In this document: positions 23,321 to 36,282 of the stretch, piece after piece
Numbering within the stretch: position 1 is the first letter of the stretch
Layout of the letters: each line of letters begins with the position of its first letter
Source: Terriglobia bacterium
GTDB lineage: Bacteria > Acidobacteriota > Polarisedimenticolia > Polarisedimenticolales > JAIQFR01
Direction of reading: 5' to 3'
Length of the DNA stretch: 64,000 nt
NCBI GenBank assembly: GCA_963748015.1
Contig: CAVVHE010000004.1
Location: 1,760,001 to 1,824,000 of the forward strand
Program-made: the position numbers and the translations under genes
Notes under the pieces: generated by a model
The model's input: only the letters and a program-made list of their open reading frames with translations
Database searches by the model: none
What the model was told of the DNA's origin: nothing

Positions 23321-24469
23321 TCACACCGGCGGGCGGTTGCGCTCCCCGTACCCGGTCAGCTCGACGAAGCCGCGGCCGAGGGGGCGGCCGCCGGGGTCGA
23401 GGGCGCGGACGGAGCCCTCCCAGTAGTAGGGGGAGTGCGGGATCCGGCCGCGGTTCTCCTGGTCGGGGAAGTCGGGCACGACGTCGAGGCGGAGGGCGGC
23501 GGAGGGGACCTCGATGGTCCAGCGCGAGGGGTAGACGGCGCCGGTTTCCTTGCTCGTCCAGGTCTCGGTCGCGCGCACGGACCAGTCGGAGGGCGAGAGG
23601 TAGCGCGTGCCGCCCTCGCGGTCCACGAGCGTGCCGTTCCGGAAGTCCACGCTGCCGTCCTGGCGCCGCATCAGGTAGAGCATGAGGTCGCGGCCGTCGG
23701 CGAGGCGCAGGGCGAACCAGTCCCAGCCGACCTGGCCGGTCGAGAGCTGCGACGAGCCGAACTCGCGGTCCATCCAGGACTCGCCGCGCACGTCGAACGT
23801 CCTGCCGTCGAGCTCGAGCGTCCCCTCGGTCGCGAGGCGCGTGAAGCTGTAGTACTGGCTGGCCGCGGCGGATTCGCCGCTCTTGCGGCTGTAGCCGTTC
23901 GGCCCCTGGAGGACGAGCGGCTTCGCCGGGCGCGTCGCGAGGCGGAACGCCATGCGCCGCTCGTCGTCGCGCATCTCGAAGTCGAAGCCCGCGCCGTTCC
24001 ACTGCAGCGTCCAGAGCCCGCCCGTCCCGGCGGGGGCGACGACCTTCGCGAGCGTCGGGTCGGGCGGCGCTCCGAACGCGCCGAGCAGCGGCGCCTCGCG
24101 GTAGAGGAGATCGCTGAAGCGGTGCTCGCCGCGGGAGAGGTCGCTGATCGCCGCGTGCGCCATGATCAGATTGCGCGCGGACCACTCCGAGCGCAGCGCG
24201 GGCTTCTCGGGCAGCAGGCCGACGCGGAACACCGTGAACTGGTAGCCGAAGACGCGGCCGGGGTCGTCGCGCGCCTCGAGGTGGCCGGTGAAGTACCACC
24301 ACTCGGTGCGGTAGCCCTCGTGGGCCCAGTGGTCCCGCGGGAAGGACCACGCGTACTCGGGCGACGCGACTTTGAACGCGGCGCCGAGAGCGAGCGCGCC
24401 CAGGGCGACGACGGCGAGGGCAAGCGTCCACCGCGGCATCCGGCCGCTCCGCGCCTCAGAGGTCGTCAC
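23321..24469 (-). CDS. AttH/CrtC-like lipocalin-fold protein
   Basis: FPRDH, TEWWYFTG, SQYYS, WMDREF, GWDWF, YWEG and GFVELTGY motifs. Confidence 0.88.
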   Translation of the reverse strand: MTTSEARSGRMPRWTLALAVVALGALALGAAFKVASPEYAWSFPRDHWAHEGYRTEWWYFTGHLEARDDPGRVFGYQFTVFRVGLLPEKPALRSEWSARNLIMAHAAISDLSRGEHRFSDLLYREAPLLGAFGAPPDPTLAKVVAPAGTGGLWTLQWNGAGFDFEMRDDERRMAFRLATRPAKPLVLQGPNGYSRKSGESAAASQYYSFTRLATEGTLELDGRTFDVRGESWMDREFGSSQLSTGQVGWDWFALRLADGRDLMLYLMRRQDGSVDFRNGTLVDREGGTRYLSPSDWSVRATETWTSKETGAVYPSRWTIEVPSAALRLDVVPDFPDQENRGRIPHSPYYWEGSVRALDPGGRPLGRGFVELTGYGERNRPPV

Positions 24470-26983
24470 GGCTCAGCTCCGAGGCGGGAGTGCGGCTCGC
24501 GCGCAGCGCCGGATAGATGCTCGCGGCGACGGCGGCCGCCAGGATCGCCGCGGCCTGCACGGCGAGCGCCCCCCACGGAACGCTCAGCGCGATCGTCCAG
24601 CCGAAGTACGCGCGGTTGATCACGAAGATGAGGACGACCGCGAGCGCCGCGCCGCCGGGCACCCCGAGCAGCGAGCCCGAGGAGCGCCATCCCGGTCCCC
24701 TCGCCCGAGGAACACGCCGAAGATCTGCCGCCTCCCCGCCCCCAGCGCGCGGTAGAGCGCCAGCTCCGCCACTCGCTCGCGGGCCAGGACGAGCAGCGTC
24801 AGCGTGATCCCGCACGCCGCGATCAGCAGCGCCATCCCCTGCAGGAGGCGCGTGACCGCGAACGTCTGGTCGAAGATCGCGAGGATCTCGTCCCGGAGCC
24901 GCCGGTTGCTCAGGATCTCGAGCGGAACGCCGGGGAACCTCGCGCGGACCGCGTCCATCGTCTTCTCGGGATCCACCCCGGGCTCGAGGTAGAGGTCCAC
25001 GTTCGTCATCCGGCCGGGACCGAGCACGCGCTCCATCGTGGCCAGGTCCATCTCGGCCGAGCCGTTCTCGTCGGAGTAGTCGTAGTAGACGCCCGCGATG
25101 GGCAGCTCGGCCTCCCCTGCCGGCGTCGTCAGGCGCAGGCGGTCGCCGACGCGCAGCCCCTCCTTGCGCGCCAGGGGCTCGCCGATCACGACCGCGCCTT
25201 CCTCGACCATCTTCCGGACCGCCTCGGCCCGGTCGCCGGACACCAGCGGGAACCTCCCCTCGCCGCCCGGCATCCCCACGTCGCGGCCGATCAGCGAGAT
25301 CCTCCGCGACCCGGTGTAGCCGGAGAGCTGCCGGAGCCGGTCCACGGTGCGCGCGCCGGGGAACTTCATCAGCTCCGCCACGATCCCGTCGTCGAGCGTC
25401 GCCGTCTCCCGCGCGCGCCGCCAGCTCTCGCTGGTCACGAAGACGTCCGCGCGGATCGTGCTCGCGATCCACACGTCGAGCGTCTCGCGGAAGCTCCCGA
25501 CCATCAGCGTGATCCCGACCAGCATCGTCACCGCGACGCCCAGCGCGGCCACGGCGAACGACGTCGTGCCGAGCTTCTCCCCGAGAGTCTTGAGGCCGAG
25601 GGCCAGGCCGAAGCCGCGCGGGCGGATGCGGCCGCAGACGCGGCTCAGCACCCACGGCGTCATCAGCGGCAGTGCCGTGATCAGCGCGATCGCGATCCAG
25701 AATCCCGACGACCGTATCCCCCGGCCCAGAGTCCCCCACGCGAGCGCGGTCGCGCCGAGGATCGCCCATCCCGCCGCGAAGAGCACCGCGGCCGCGCGCC
25801 CCATCCTCTCGTGGAGGGCGAGCCCGGCGAGGAGCGACCGCGTGTCCCGGCGGCTCATGTCGAGCGCCGGGAGGAGCGCGCCGGCCAGCGCGCCACCGAG
25901 CCCCGCCGCGGCCGCCAGCAGCCAGATCCACGCCGGCAGGCGAAGCGTCTCGATCCCCTCGAGCAGGTAGAGGTTCGTGAGGGTCGAGCTGACCGCCTTC
26001 ACGTTCGCCGCGGCCGCCCACCAGCCGATCGGAAGGCCGAGAGCCGTGCCCAGCGCGCCGAGCACTGCGACCTCCCCGAGGATGACGAACAGCACCTGCC
26101 GCGGCGTCGTCCCGAGCGAGCGGTACAACCCGAACTCCCGCCGCCGCCGCACCAGCGCGGCCTGCGTGCTGGAGTGCACCAGGAAGCCGCCGACGAAGAG
26201 GCTGATCAGGGACAGCGCCGTGAGGTTGAGCCGGAACGCCGACAGCAGCGACGCGGCCTGGCGCCTGCGCTGCTCGGGGGTCACGACCTGCACGGCGGGG
26301 CCGAGCCGCCGGCTCAGCCGCTCCGCGACCGCCTCGCGCGAAGCACCCGCGGCGAGCTTCACGTCGAGCTGGTGGATCCCCTCGGGGATCCCGAGCGCGT
26401 CCTGCGCCTGCGCGATGTCCATCACGACGAGGCGCGGGCTCGCGAGCGGGGTGAGCTTCCGGAAGTCCACCAGCGCGCCGACCGTGAGGCGCGCCCTGCG
26501 CGAGCCGCTCGACACCTCGAACGTGCTCCCGACCGTCCACCCCAGCTGCCGCGCCAACTCGGGCGTCACCGCGGCCCATCCCGGCGTCGCGAGGGCCTCG
26601 CCGAGATCGGCCGGCGGCTTCTCCCATGGGATCCTGTGCGGCGCGAAGAGATCGATCCCCACGACGTCGAGGTAGGTCTCCTCCCGCCCCTCGAGCTTGG
26701 CGACGACGCGGACGAGAGGCCACGCCGCCGCGACGCCGGGCTCGGCCAGCGTCTCCGGCACGACGCGGCTCGGCATCGGCGAGACCTTCCCCATCACGCT
26801 GAGGTCCGCCTCGCCGCTCACCGCCTCGAGCCCGCCCTCGAAGGTGCCGAGGGCGTTCGCGTTCAGGATCTGGATCGACAGGACCGACGCCACGCCGAGC
26901 GCGACCCCGAGCACGGTGAGGAGGAACAGCGTGCGCCCCGCGCGGAAGTGCGCGGCGAGCCCCTTGCCGAAGATCCGGATCAC
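24456..26983 (-). CDS. FtsX-like ABC transporter permease (frameshift near 24690)
   Basis: Duplicated FtsX modules (VRRRREFGLYRSLG; RERVAELALYRALG); C-terminal INRAYFGWT lies in another frame. Confidence 0.88.
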
Positions 26984-27663
26984 GGCAGCTCGAGCGCGCC
27001 GTCGCGGATCCGCCAGATCTCGTCGGCGAGGGCGGCCAGCTCGCGGCTGTGCGTGACGTAGACGAGCGTGCTCTTCTCCTCGTCGGCGAGACGGAGGAGC
27101 AGGTCCATGACCTTGCGGCTGTTGTGGTCGTCGAGGTTCCCGGTCGGCTCGTCGGCGAGGAGGAGGCGCGGCCGCCTGAGGAGCGCGCGGCAGAGGGCGA
27201 CGCGCTGCATCTCCCCGCCGCTCAGCTTGCGCGCCGGGTCGCCGGCGCGGGAGCCGAGGCCGACCCGGTCGAGCAGCTCGTCCGCCCGCCTCGCCGCCTC
27301 GCGCGACGGGTCTCCCGCGATCCACGCGGGGAGGAGCACGTTGTCGCGCGCGGTCAGGTGCGGCAGCAGGTGGAAGAACTGGAACACGAGCCCGATGCCG
27401 TCGCGGCGCGCGAGCGTACGGCCCGCCTCGCCGATGCGCGCGAGGTCGCGGCCGCCCACGAGGATCTCCCCTTCCGTCGGCGTGTCGATCCCCGCGGCGA
27501 GATTGAGGAGGGTGGACTTGCCGCTGCCGCTCCGACCGGTGATGGCGATCTTGCGCCCGGCCGGCAGGGCGAACGACACCTCCTTGAGCGCCTCGAGGAC
27601 GGCCCCGCCGTCCTGTTGGTAGCGCTTCGCTACCTTGCGGAATTCGAGCGCCGTGTCCGCCAC
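26980..27663 (-). CDS. ABC transporter ATP-binding protein (LolD-like)
   Basis: GRSGSGKST, LSGGEMQR, LLLADEPTGNLD and VTH motifs. Confidence 0.95.
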   Translation of the reverse strand: MADTALEFRKVAKRYQQDGGAVLEALKEVSFALPAGRKIAITGRSGSGKSTLLNLAAGIDTPTEGEILVGGRDLARIGEAGRTLARRDGIGLVFQFFHLLPHLTARDNVLLPAWIAGDPSREAARRADELLDRVGLGSRAGDPARKLSGGEMQRVALCRALLRRPRLLLADEPTGNLDDHNSRKVMDLLLRLADEEKSTLVYVTHSRELAALADEIWRIRDGALELP

Positions 27664-27686
27664 GCTTTCCCCTCGAGGCCAGTCTA

Positions 27687-27848
27687 CATGGTGGACGCGA
27701 GATTGTGGGGTGGTCCCCGGCCCGCCGCACTCCCGAGGAAATACCGCGGCATCTCGACGAGATCCGGAAACCGGCAGCCCCTAGGGTGGGCGACCCGACC
27801 GGCCAGGATCGGCTTCCTCGCCCACCCCACAATCTCCCGTCCACCATG
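27687..27848. repeat. MITE-like element B, 162 bp
   Basis: 27-bp terminal inverted repeats with 1 mismatch (CATGGTGGACG..TGGGGTGG); inner CGAGGAA/TTCCTCG stem. Confidence 0.7.
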
Positions 27849-27884
27849 GGCTGAATGTGGACAAGAATGGTATTATTTGCGCCT

Positions 27885-29978
<2,094 letters not shown>

Positions 29979-30035
29979 GGCAGAAGCGCGCGATTCGCGT
30001 GGTAGCATGGCCGCCCCGTTTCTCATGAGGACGCG

Positions 30036-30977
30036 ATGAGTCTGCTCGGCGGGCACGGCCTCCTCGCCTGGACGCTCTTCAACCTGCTGGTCCTGGGGGT
30101 CCTGGTCCTCGACCTCGGAGTGTTCAACCGGAAGTCTCACGCCGTCGGTTTCCGGGAAGCCGTGCTCTGGAACGTCGTCTGGACCGCCTTGGGCCTCGCG
30201 TTCGGCGCGCTGGTGTTCCGGCTCTACGGCCACCAGGCGGGGCTCGAGTACGTGACCGGCTACGTCGTCGAGCGCGCCCTCTCGTTCGACAACATCTTCG
30301 TGTTCGTGGTGGTGTTCGCGTACTTCCGCGTCGCTCCGGAGTACCAGCACCGGGTGCTCTACTGGGGCATCCTCGGCGCGCTCATCATGCGAGGCGTGCT
30401 GATCCTGGCCGGGGCCGCGCTGGTGATGGCGTTCCACTGGGTGCTGTACGTGTTCGGCGCCTTCCTGCTCTACACCGGCCTCCATCTCCTCGTGAAGGGG
30501 GACGGGGCTCCGCACCCCGAGCGCAACCCGGTGATCGGCCTCGTGAAGCGGATCTTCCCCGTGGAAGAGAAGGAGCAGGGCAAGCGGTTCTTCGTCAGGC
30601 GGGACGGGCGCTGGCACGCGACGACGCTGCTGATCGTGCTCGTCGTCCTCGAGACGACCGACCTCGTGTTCGCCGTGGACTCGATCCCGGCGATCTTCGG
30701 CGTCACCAAGGACCCTTTCATCATCTACACGAGCAACGTGATGGCGATCCTGGGTCTCCGGGCGATGTACTTCCTCCTCGCCGCGATGATGACCCAATTC
30801 CGCTTCCTCCGGCACGGCCTCTCGCTGGTGCTGGTGTTCATCGGCGCGCGGATGCTCACGGAGCCCTGGATCGAGCTCCCCACCGTCGTGATGCTGCTGG
30901 TGGTCTGCGGCATCCTCGCCGCCGCCGTCGTCGCCTCGCTCCTCGTCAAGCCGAAGCCGGAAGGCGCCGCCAGTTAG
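30036..30977 (+). CDS. TerC/Alx family membrane protein
   Basis: LSFDNIFV, DLVFAVDSIPA and ILGLRAMYF motifs. Confidence 0.93.
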   Translation: MSLLGGHGLLAWTLFNLLVLGVLVLDLGVFNRKSHAVGFREAVLWNVVWTALGLAFGALVFRLYGHQAGLEYVTGYVVERALSFDNIFVFVVVFAYFRVAPEYQHRVLYWGILGALIMRGVLILAGAALVMAFHWVLYVFGAFLLYTGLHLLVKGDGAPHPERNPVIGLVKRIFPVEEKEQGKRFFVRRDGRWHATTLLIVLVVLETTDLVFAVDSIPAIFGVTKDPFIIYTSNVMAILGLRAMYFLLAAMMTQFRFLRHGLSLVLVFIGARMLTEPWIELPTVVMLLVVCGILAAAVVASLLVKPKPEGAAS

Positions 30978-32053
30978 GGAAGCGACAGCGAGATGCTCGG
31001 ACGGGCGGGGCGCGTGACCTCGAGGAGGGCGTCCACGCAGGCGGCGTCGAACTGGGTCCCCCGCTTCTCCTGCAGGTAGGCCCTCGCGCTCGCGGGCGGG
31101 AGCGTCGCGCGGACGCGCGAGGTGGTCATCGCGTCGTAGGCTTCGGCGACCGCAAGGACCCGCGACAGGAGCGGGATCTCCTCGCCGCTCTTGCCGTAAT
31201 ACCCCTGGCCGTCCGCGCGCTCGTGGTGGAACTGGATCGCCTGGGCGACCTCCTCGTCGGGATCGAGGGCGCGGAGGATCGCGGCGCCGCGCTCGGGGTG
31301 CGTGCGCATCAGTCGGGCCTGCTCCTCGTCGAGGGGGGCGCGCTGCCTCAGGATCTCCACCGGGAACGAGACCTTGCCGATGTCGTGCAGCATCGCCGCG
31401 CGGAGGAGCGCCGACGCCTCGCCGTCGCCGAGCCCCATCTCGTCCGCCATCATGGCCGAAAGCGAGGCGACCCGCTCCGCGTGACCCGGCTCGAACGCGT
31501 CGCGACGGTCGGCCCATTCCGCCGCCCGCGACGCCACCTCGAGGTAGGGCGCCATCGGCTTCTCGTGGCGGGGAACGCGGCGCGACAGCACCGCACCGAT
31601 GCGGCTCCCGACCGACCTGAGACGGGCGAGACCTTCGAGGCGGCGCTCTTCCCTTCGCGGGTTCCGGCCGGGCCGCTCGTTTCCTCCCCACAGCACGACG
31701 CGGCGGACCTTCACGAGGCCGTCCACTCGCGCGAGCAGCTCCTCGGCGCCGAACGGGCTGCAGATGCGGTCCACGATCCGCTCGTCGAGCGTCGCGTCGG
31801 AGAAGAAGTCGGAATCCGATTGGACGAACAGCAGCGGCGCGGGGAAACCGCGGGGCGGGCGGCCCGGGACGGCGAGCACCTGATCGGGCGAGGACACCGG
31901 CGCGACGACCAGCTCGGGCAGGACCTCCCTCTCCGCCTCCCGCCAACTCGGGACGGAAGGACACCAGTGCACGGCGTGCCCATCCTCCCGAAGCAGCGAG
32001 CGGATTCCGCCTGCCCGCTCGCGGTCTTCGGCCAGGAGCAGAATTTCCGCCAC
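30974..32053 (-). CDS. HD-GYP-like protein with degenerate receiver domain
   Basis: HDIGK, HHERADGQGYY and AVAEAYDAMT motifs; the REC-like N-terminus lacks the phosphoacceptor Asp. Confidence 0.85.
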   Translation of the reverse strand: MAEILLLAEDRERAGGIRSLLREDGHAVHWCPSVPSWREAEREVLPELVVAPVSSPDQVLAVPGRPPRGFPAPLLFVQSDSDFFSDATLDERIVDRICSPFGAEELLARVDGLVKVRRVVLWGGNERPGRNPRREERRLEGLARLRSVGSRIGAVLSRRVPRHEKPMAPYLEVASRAAEWADRRDAFEPGHAERVASLSAMMADEMGLGDGEASALLRAAMLHDIGKVSFPVEILRQRAPLDEEQARLMRTHPERGAAILRALDPDEEVAQAIQFHHERADGQGYYGKSGEEIPLLSRVLAVAEAYDAMTTSRVRATLPPASARAYLQEKRGTQFDAACVDALLEVTRPARPSISLSLP

Positions 32054-32118
32054 TTCGGACCTCCGGCGGGGAATATAGGTCCGCGGGGCGGTTTGTCACG
32101 CCGGCCGAACGGGAGAAG

Positions 32119-32718
32119 TCAGGAGGCCTTGGGAGCGGAAGGCGAGGGGCGGAGGATACCGGCCTGGACGACCCCCACGATCGCCCATCCGGCGACGGCG
32201 TCCACGAGGACGGCGATCGCGTAGTCCGCCGGGTAGGAGAACCAGTTCCAGAGCATCGCGGGGCCGAGCACCCACCCGAAGATCCCCAGGCCGAGGACGA
32301 AGCCGACCCTTCCGAAGTGGCTCGCGATGCGGGCGCGGGAGAGCGCCCACGCGGAAAAGAGCGTGGCGGCGAGGGCGAGGCCGAGTCCCCGCGCCATCGG
32401 CCGGAACATCCGGCTCGGCGGGCGGCCGCCGGGGCGATAGGCCAGCGTCGCGACCGGCCCGCGGCTCGCGCGGCTCTCCCACTCCTCGGTGGCGGCCGCC
32501 GACTGCTCCTCGGTCTTTCCCTCGTTGTCCGGTGGAGCCGGAATGACGTAAAGGCCTTCCGGAGTCTTCGCGTCGACGAGCGCCGCGACGACGCGGTCCT
32601 CGGCGGCGAGCCTCCGGAGCGACGACGCGTGCAGCGGGAGGAGCGTCCACGCCACCACGCTCCAGACGAACAGGGCGACGCCGCCCGCGATACCTCCAAG
32701 CAGGACCTTTCTCGTCAC
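32119..32718 (-). CDS. Hypothetical membrane protein
   Basis: Four hydrophobic segments; GTG start inferred. Confidence 0.65.
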   Translation of the reverse strand: MTRKVLLGGIAGGVALFVWSVVAWTLLPLHASSLRRLAAEDRVVAALVDAKTPEGLYVIPAPPDNEGKTEEQSAAATEEWESRASRGPVATLAYRPGGRPPSRMFRPMARGLGLALAATLFSAWALSRARIASHFGRVGFVLGLGIFGWVLGPAMLWNWFSYPADYAIAVLVDAVAGWAIVGVVQAGILRPSPSAPKAS

Positions 32719-32773
32719 GACATGCCCCCTCGGCGCCCCGCAGCCACGGCGAAGCGCCCGATCGCCGCCGCCG

Positions 32774-33232
32774 TCACGGCGCAGCACCCGCCGGGGAGCC
32801 CCGCAGCCGCAGCCAGTGCCGCCAGCTCACCCCGGACCCCAGCAAGAGCGCGACGCCGACCGCGACGTACACGAACCCCAGCACGAGCCGCGATACCGGA
32901 GAGTGCCGGAGCGTGGCGCCCGCGGCGATCATCGCGGCCACGAACAGCCACGCCTGCCACGAGAAGGCGCCTCCGGCGCAGCGCCCGTCCTCCGAGGCCA
33001 GGATCCTCTCCGCATTCCGCTCCGCGCGCCGGTGCAGCACGAAGCGCTCCTTCGCCCACCCCGTGGCCGCAGCCCCGGCCAGAAAGACCGCCGCCCGCCA
33101 CGGAGGGGCCGCGAGAGACCAGTGGATGCCGGCGGCCAGCATCCCGCTCCCGGTCAGGGACCAGGCGAGCCCGGCGAGCAGGAGGCGGGTCCGCCGCGAG
33201 GAAACGGGAGTCAACCGGCGGAGTAATCCCAC
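32774..33232 (-). CDS. Hypothetical membrane protein
   Basis: Four TM helices; co-oriented with the downstream membrane gene. Confidence 0.65.
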   Translation of the reverse strand: MGLLRRLTPVSSRRTRLLLAGLAWSLTGSGMLAAGIHWSLAAPPWRAAVFLAGAAATGWAKERFVLHRRAERNAERILASEDGRCAGGAFSWQAWLFVAAMIAAGATLRHSPVSRLVLGFVYVAVGVALLLGSGVSWRHWLRLRGSPAGAAP

Positions 33233-33359
33233 GGCAGGAGAATAGCGCGAAATCCCCCGGCCGGACTACCGGCGCCCCCTCCGGCAACCGCGCATCCCGC
33301 CGGGCCACGATCTGGTAGAGTAGGACCAGCGAGGCAACCCGCGTAGAACCAACGAGGTC

Positions 33360-33815
33360 ATGATGAGCTTGATCGAGGTCTCCGTCGTCGTCGTCGTGGT
33401 CCTGGTGGCCGTCCTGGTGGGTACGGCGGTCCCCGCCCTACTGCAGCTCCGCTCGACCCTGAAGAGTCTCGACACGCTGCTGAACGAGACTCGCCCGAGG
33501 CTCAACGCGGTGCTCGATCAGGCCGCGGAGGCCACGAGCCGGGTCAACAGGGCCGCGGTGGCCCTCGAGGAGGGTATGGGCAGGGTCCGCGGCGTCCTCA
33601 ACGCCCTCGAGTCGCTCGGGACGGTTCTCGAGACGGCCCGGGACGCGGTCCGCAAGACGGTGACGGTGGCGACCAGCATCGGGCCGGCGCTCTACGCGGG
33701 CTACCGCACGTTCTTCGCTTCGAAAGACGCGGAGCCCTCTTCGGCCGCGGAGGGCGGGAGCGCCGAGGCGAGCGAGGCAAGCGGCCCGGCTTCGAAGTCC
33801 GAGGAGGCGTTATGA
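33360..33815 (+). CDS. DUF948/YtxG-like membrane-anchored coiled-coil protein
   Basis: N-terminal TM followed by amphipathic helices; overlaps a YtxH-like gene. Confidence 0.7.
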   Translation: MMSLIEVSVVVVVVLVAVLVGTAVPALLQLRSTLKSLDTLLNETRPRLNAVLDQAAEATSRVNRAAVALEEGMGRVRGVLNALESLGTVLETARDAVRKTVTVATSIGPALYAGYRTFFASKDAEPSSAAEGGSAEASEASGPASKSEEAL

Positions 33816-34081
33816 GCGAATCCAATCGTTACAGCGGCGCGCACATCCTGATCGCGTTCCTCGCGGGCGCGGCAGCGGGCGCGGCCGTGGCTTATCTCAC
33901 CGCGCCCCGCCCGGGGCGCGAGCTTCGCGAGGACCTCAAGGGGTGGGCGGGCGACGTCCGCGAGAAGGCCGTGCGCGTGCCCCACGCGGTCCGCGCGGCG
34001 TACTCGAAGGCCAGCGAGGCGGCCAAGACGGCGTTCGTCGAGGCGCTTCACGAGGCCGAGAAGGGCGAGAAGGCCGGCTAG
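33812..34081 (+). CDS. YtxH-domain protein
   Basis: FLAGAAAGAAVAYLTAPRPGRELRE signature. Confidence 0.85.
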   Translation: MSESNRYSGAHILIAFLAGAAAGAAVAYLTAPRPGRELREDLKGWAGDVREKAVRVPHAVRAAYSKASEAAKTAFVEALHEAEKGEKAG

Positions 34082-35061
34082 ACTCCGAGGGCGTCCTCGA
34101 GGAAATCGAGGACGGCTCGGGCCGCCCAGAAGCGCGGCTCGCGGGACGACCAGTAGCCGAGGTGGCCGCCGCGTCCGGGGTGCGCGAACACGAGGTTGCG
34201 CTGCGCCGCGCGCCGGTGGGGATCGAACATTCCGACCGGCACGATCGGGTCGTCGGCCGCCGACAGCACGAGGGCGGGAACGAGCACCGAGCCGAGGTAC
34301 GGGCCCGCGCTCGACGCCGCGTAGTACGCCTCGGCCGACGGGTACCCGGCGTCGGGGGCGGTGAAGAAGCGGTCGAACCGCCTCACGGTCCGGATGCGCC
34401 ACGCCGACGCCTCGGGGCCCGGTAGCGGCCGGACTTCGCGCACGCGCCGGATCTGCTCGCAGAGAAGACGCGTGAATCGCGCCTGGTAGAGCAGGTTCCC
34501 GCGTCGCTCGATCTGCCGGCAGCAGGCCTCGAGGTCCACGGGAGGATTCACCCCCGCGACCGCGTCGGCGCGGCAGCCCGCCCCGGAACGGCCCGCGTGG
34601 AGCAGCACGACGTTCCCGCCGAGCGAGAACCCCACGGCCGCGTACGGCCGCGGGAGGGACGCCGCCTCGAGGTCCTCGAGCACGCGCTCGACGTCCTCCC
34701 ACTGCCCCGCGTTGTAGAGGGTCCGGGCGAGAGCTTCCGTCCGGCCGCAGTTGCGCATGTTCATCCGGACCACGGCCCAGCCCCTCGCGAGGGCCTGTCG
34801 CGCGGTCCGGCGCATGTACGGCGAGGACGCGCTGCCCCCCATCCCGTGGACCAGCAGCAAGGTCCCCCGCGCGGGACCCGGCGGGCGGGCGACCCGCACG
34901 CGTACCGCCGTCCCCTCCGCGACCGGCACGAGACGGATCTCCTCGCGCGCCTCGATCTCCGGGGCGTCGAGGTACGACGGGACGATCGTCTGGAGGTGCC
35001 GGCCCCTGAGCCAGGGTGACGGCGAGAAGTCGTCGAGTCTCACGGGGCCGAACGCTAGCAC
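34078..35061 (-). CDS. YheT-family alpha/beta hydrolase
   Basis: HLQTI, HGMGG, GFSLGG, DDPIV and GGHLG motifs. Confidence 0.9.
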   Translation of the reverse strand: MLAFGPVRLDDFSPSPWLRGRHLQTIVPSYLDAPEIEAREEIRLVPVAEGTAVRVRVARPPGPARGTLLLVHGMGGSASSPYMRRTARQALARGWAVVRMNMRNCGRTEALARTLYNAGQWEDVERVLEDLEAASLPRPYAAVGFSLGGNVVLLHAGRSGAGCRADAVAGVNPPVDLEACCRQIERRGNLLYQARFTRLLCEQIRRVREVRPLPGPEASAWRIRTVRRFDRFFTAPDAGYPSAEAYYAASSAGPYLGSVLVPALVLSAADDPIVPVGMFDPHRRAAQRNLVFAHPGRGGHLGYWSSREPRFWAARAVLDFLEDALGV

Positions 35062-35117
35062 ATCCCCTCGCTTCTGGTATCTTGAGGCGCTCGTCGCGAG
35101 CCTGAGGAGACGACGCC

Positions 35118-36038
35118 TTGAAGCCTGCCGGCGAGAGGGCGGCCGTGACGGGCGCCCTCCTTCTCGTCCAGATCCTTTTCGGCCTCCACTACCTCGCCGC
35201 GAAGATCGTCGTCGGGACGATCCCGCCGCGGACGTGGGCGGTACTCCGGGTCACCGCGGCGGCGCTCGTCCTGTTGCTCGTCGCGGCCGCGCTCCGCCGT
35301 TCGCTCCGGTTCTCCCGCGCCGATCTCGGCCGCCTGGCGATCTACTCGGTCTTCGGGATCGTGATCAACCAGATCTGCTTCATCGAGGGGCTCCACCGGA
35401 CCACGCCGACCCACTCGTCCATCATCAACACGACGATACCGATCGGCACGCTGCTGTTCGCCGTCCTGCTGCGACGAGAGTCCCTCGACCTCTCCAAGTC
35501 GCTGTCCATCGCGGTGTCGCTCGCCGGCGTGCTGCTGGTGGTCCACCCGCACCAGGCGGGGTTCTCGTCGGAGACCCTGGCGGGCGACCTCCTCACCCTC
35601 GCGAACGCCATGTCGTACGCCCTGTTCCTCGTGATCTCGAGGCGCCTCCTCGCCCGGAGCGACCCTCTGGCCGCCACGGCCGTCCTGATGGGCTTCGGCG
35701 CGCTCGGCATCCTCGCCTTCGGCGCCCCGGGCCTCGCCGCTTTCCGGCCCTCCGCGATCCCCGCCTCGATCTGGGTCCTGGCGGCGCTCATCGTGGTGTT
35801 CGCCACGGTGGTGACGTACTTCCTCAACTACTGGGCCCTCGCCCGCGTCGAGTCCTCGCTCGTGGCCCTCTTCATCTACGTCCAGCCGGTGATCGCGACG
35901 GTGCTCTCCGCGATCGTCCTCGCCGAGCGCCCGGAGCCGCACGTCCTCGCCGGCGGCGCGCTCGTGTTCGCCGGCGTCTGGCTGAGCCTGAGGAAGCGTA
36001 CCCCCGCTCCCCTGCCCCTGGAGTCCGCGGAGGGCTGA
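35118..36038 (+). CDS. DMT/EamA family transporter
   Basis: About 10 TM helices in two EamA repeats; YVQPV motif. Confidence 0.9.
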   Translation: MKPAGERAAVTGALLLVQILFGLHYLAAKIVVGTIPPRTWAVLRVTAAALVLLLVAAALRRSLRFSRADLGRLAIYSVFGIVINQICFIEGLHRTTPTHSSIINTTIPIGTLLFAVLLRRESLDLSKSLSIAVSLAGVLLVVHPHQAGFSSETLAGDLLTLANAMSYALFLVISRRLLARSDPLAATAVLMGFGALGILAFGAPGLAAFRPSAIPASIWVLAALIVVFATVVTYFLNYWALARVESSLVALFIYVQPVIATVLSAIVLAERPEPHVLAGGALVFAGVWLSLRKRTPAPLPLESAEG

Positions 36039-36066
36039 CGCGCGCTGCCTTCGCCACGCCTCGAAG

Positions 36067-36258
36067 GCGGCGCCCTCCGGACCCGTGTCCGGGCGGCGAC
36101 CTCCCTCGGCGACGACCCGCATCGGCCGCGCGAAGGGTCGAGCAAGCGCGATGGCGCGGACCCTAGCGCCATCGCGCTCGACCCTTCGCGCGGCCGTGCA
36201 GGGGTCCCCGTCGCCTCGGGCATCGTCGCCGCCCGGACACGGGTCCGGAGGGCGCCGC
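36067..36258 (+). repeat. Palindromic element family A, copy 3
   Basis: Perfect 34-bp arms (36067-36100 / 36225-36258) around the 124-nt core. Confidence 0.95.
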
Positions 36259-36282
36259 GAGGGATGCTTCGGGACGGTGGCG

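Noticed and set aside
29979..30035. yybP-ykoY riboswitch upstream of terC/alx
   Set aside because: The gap is only 57 bp and shows no recognisable motif.
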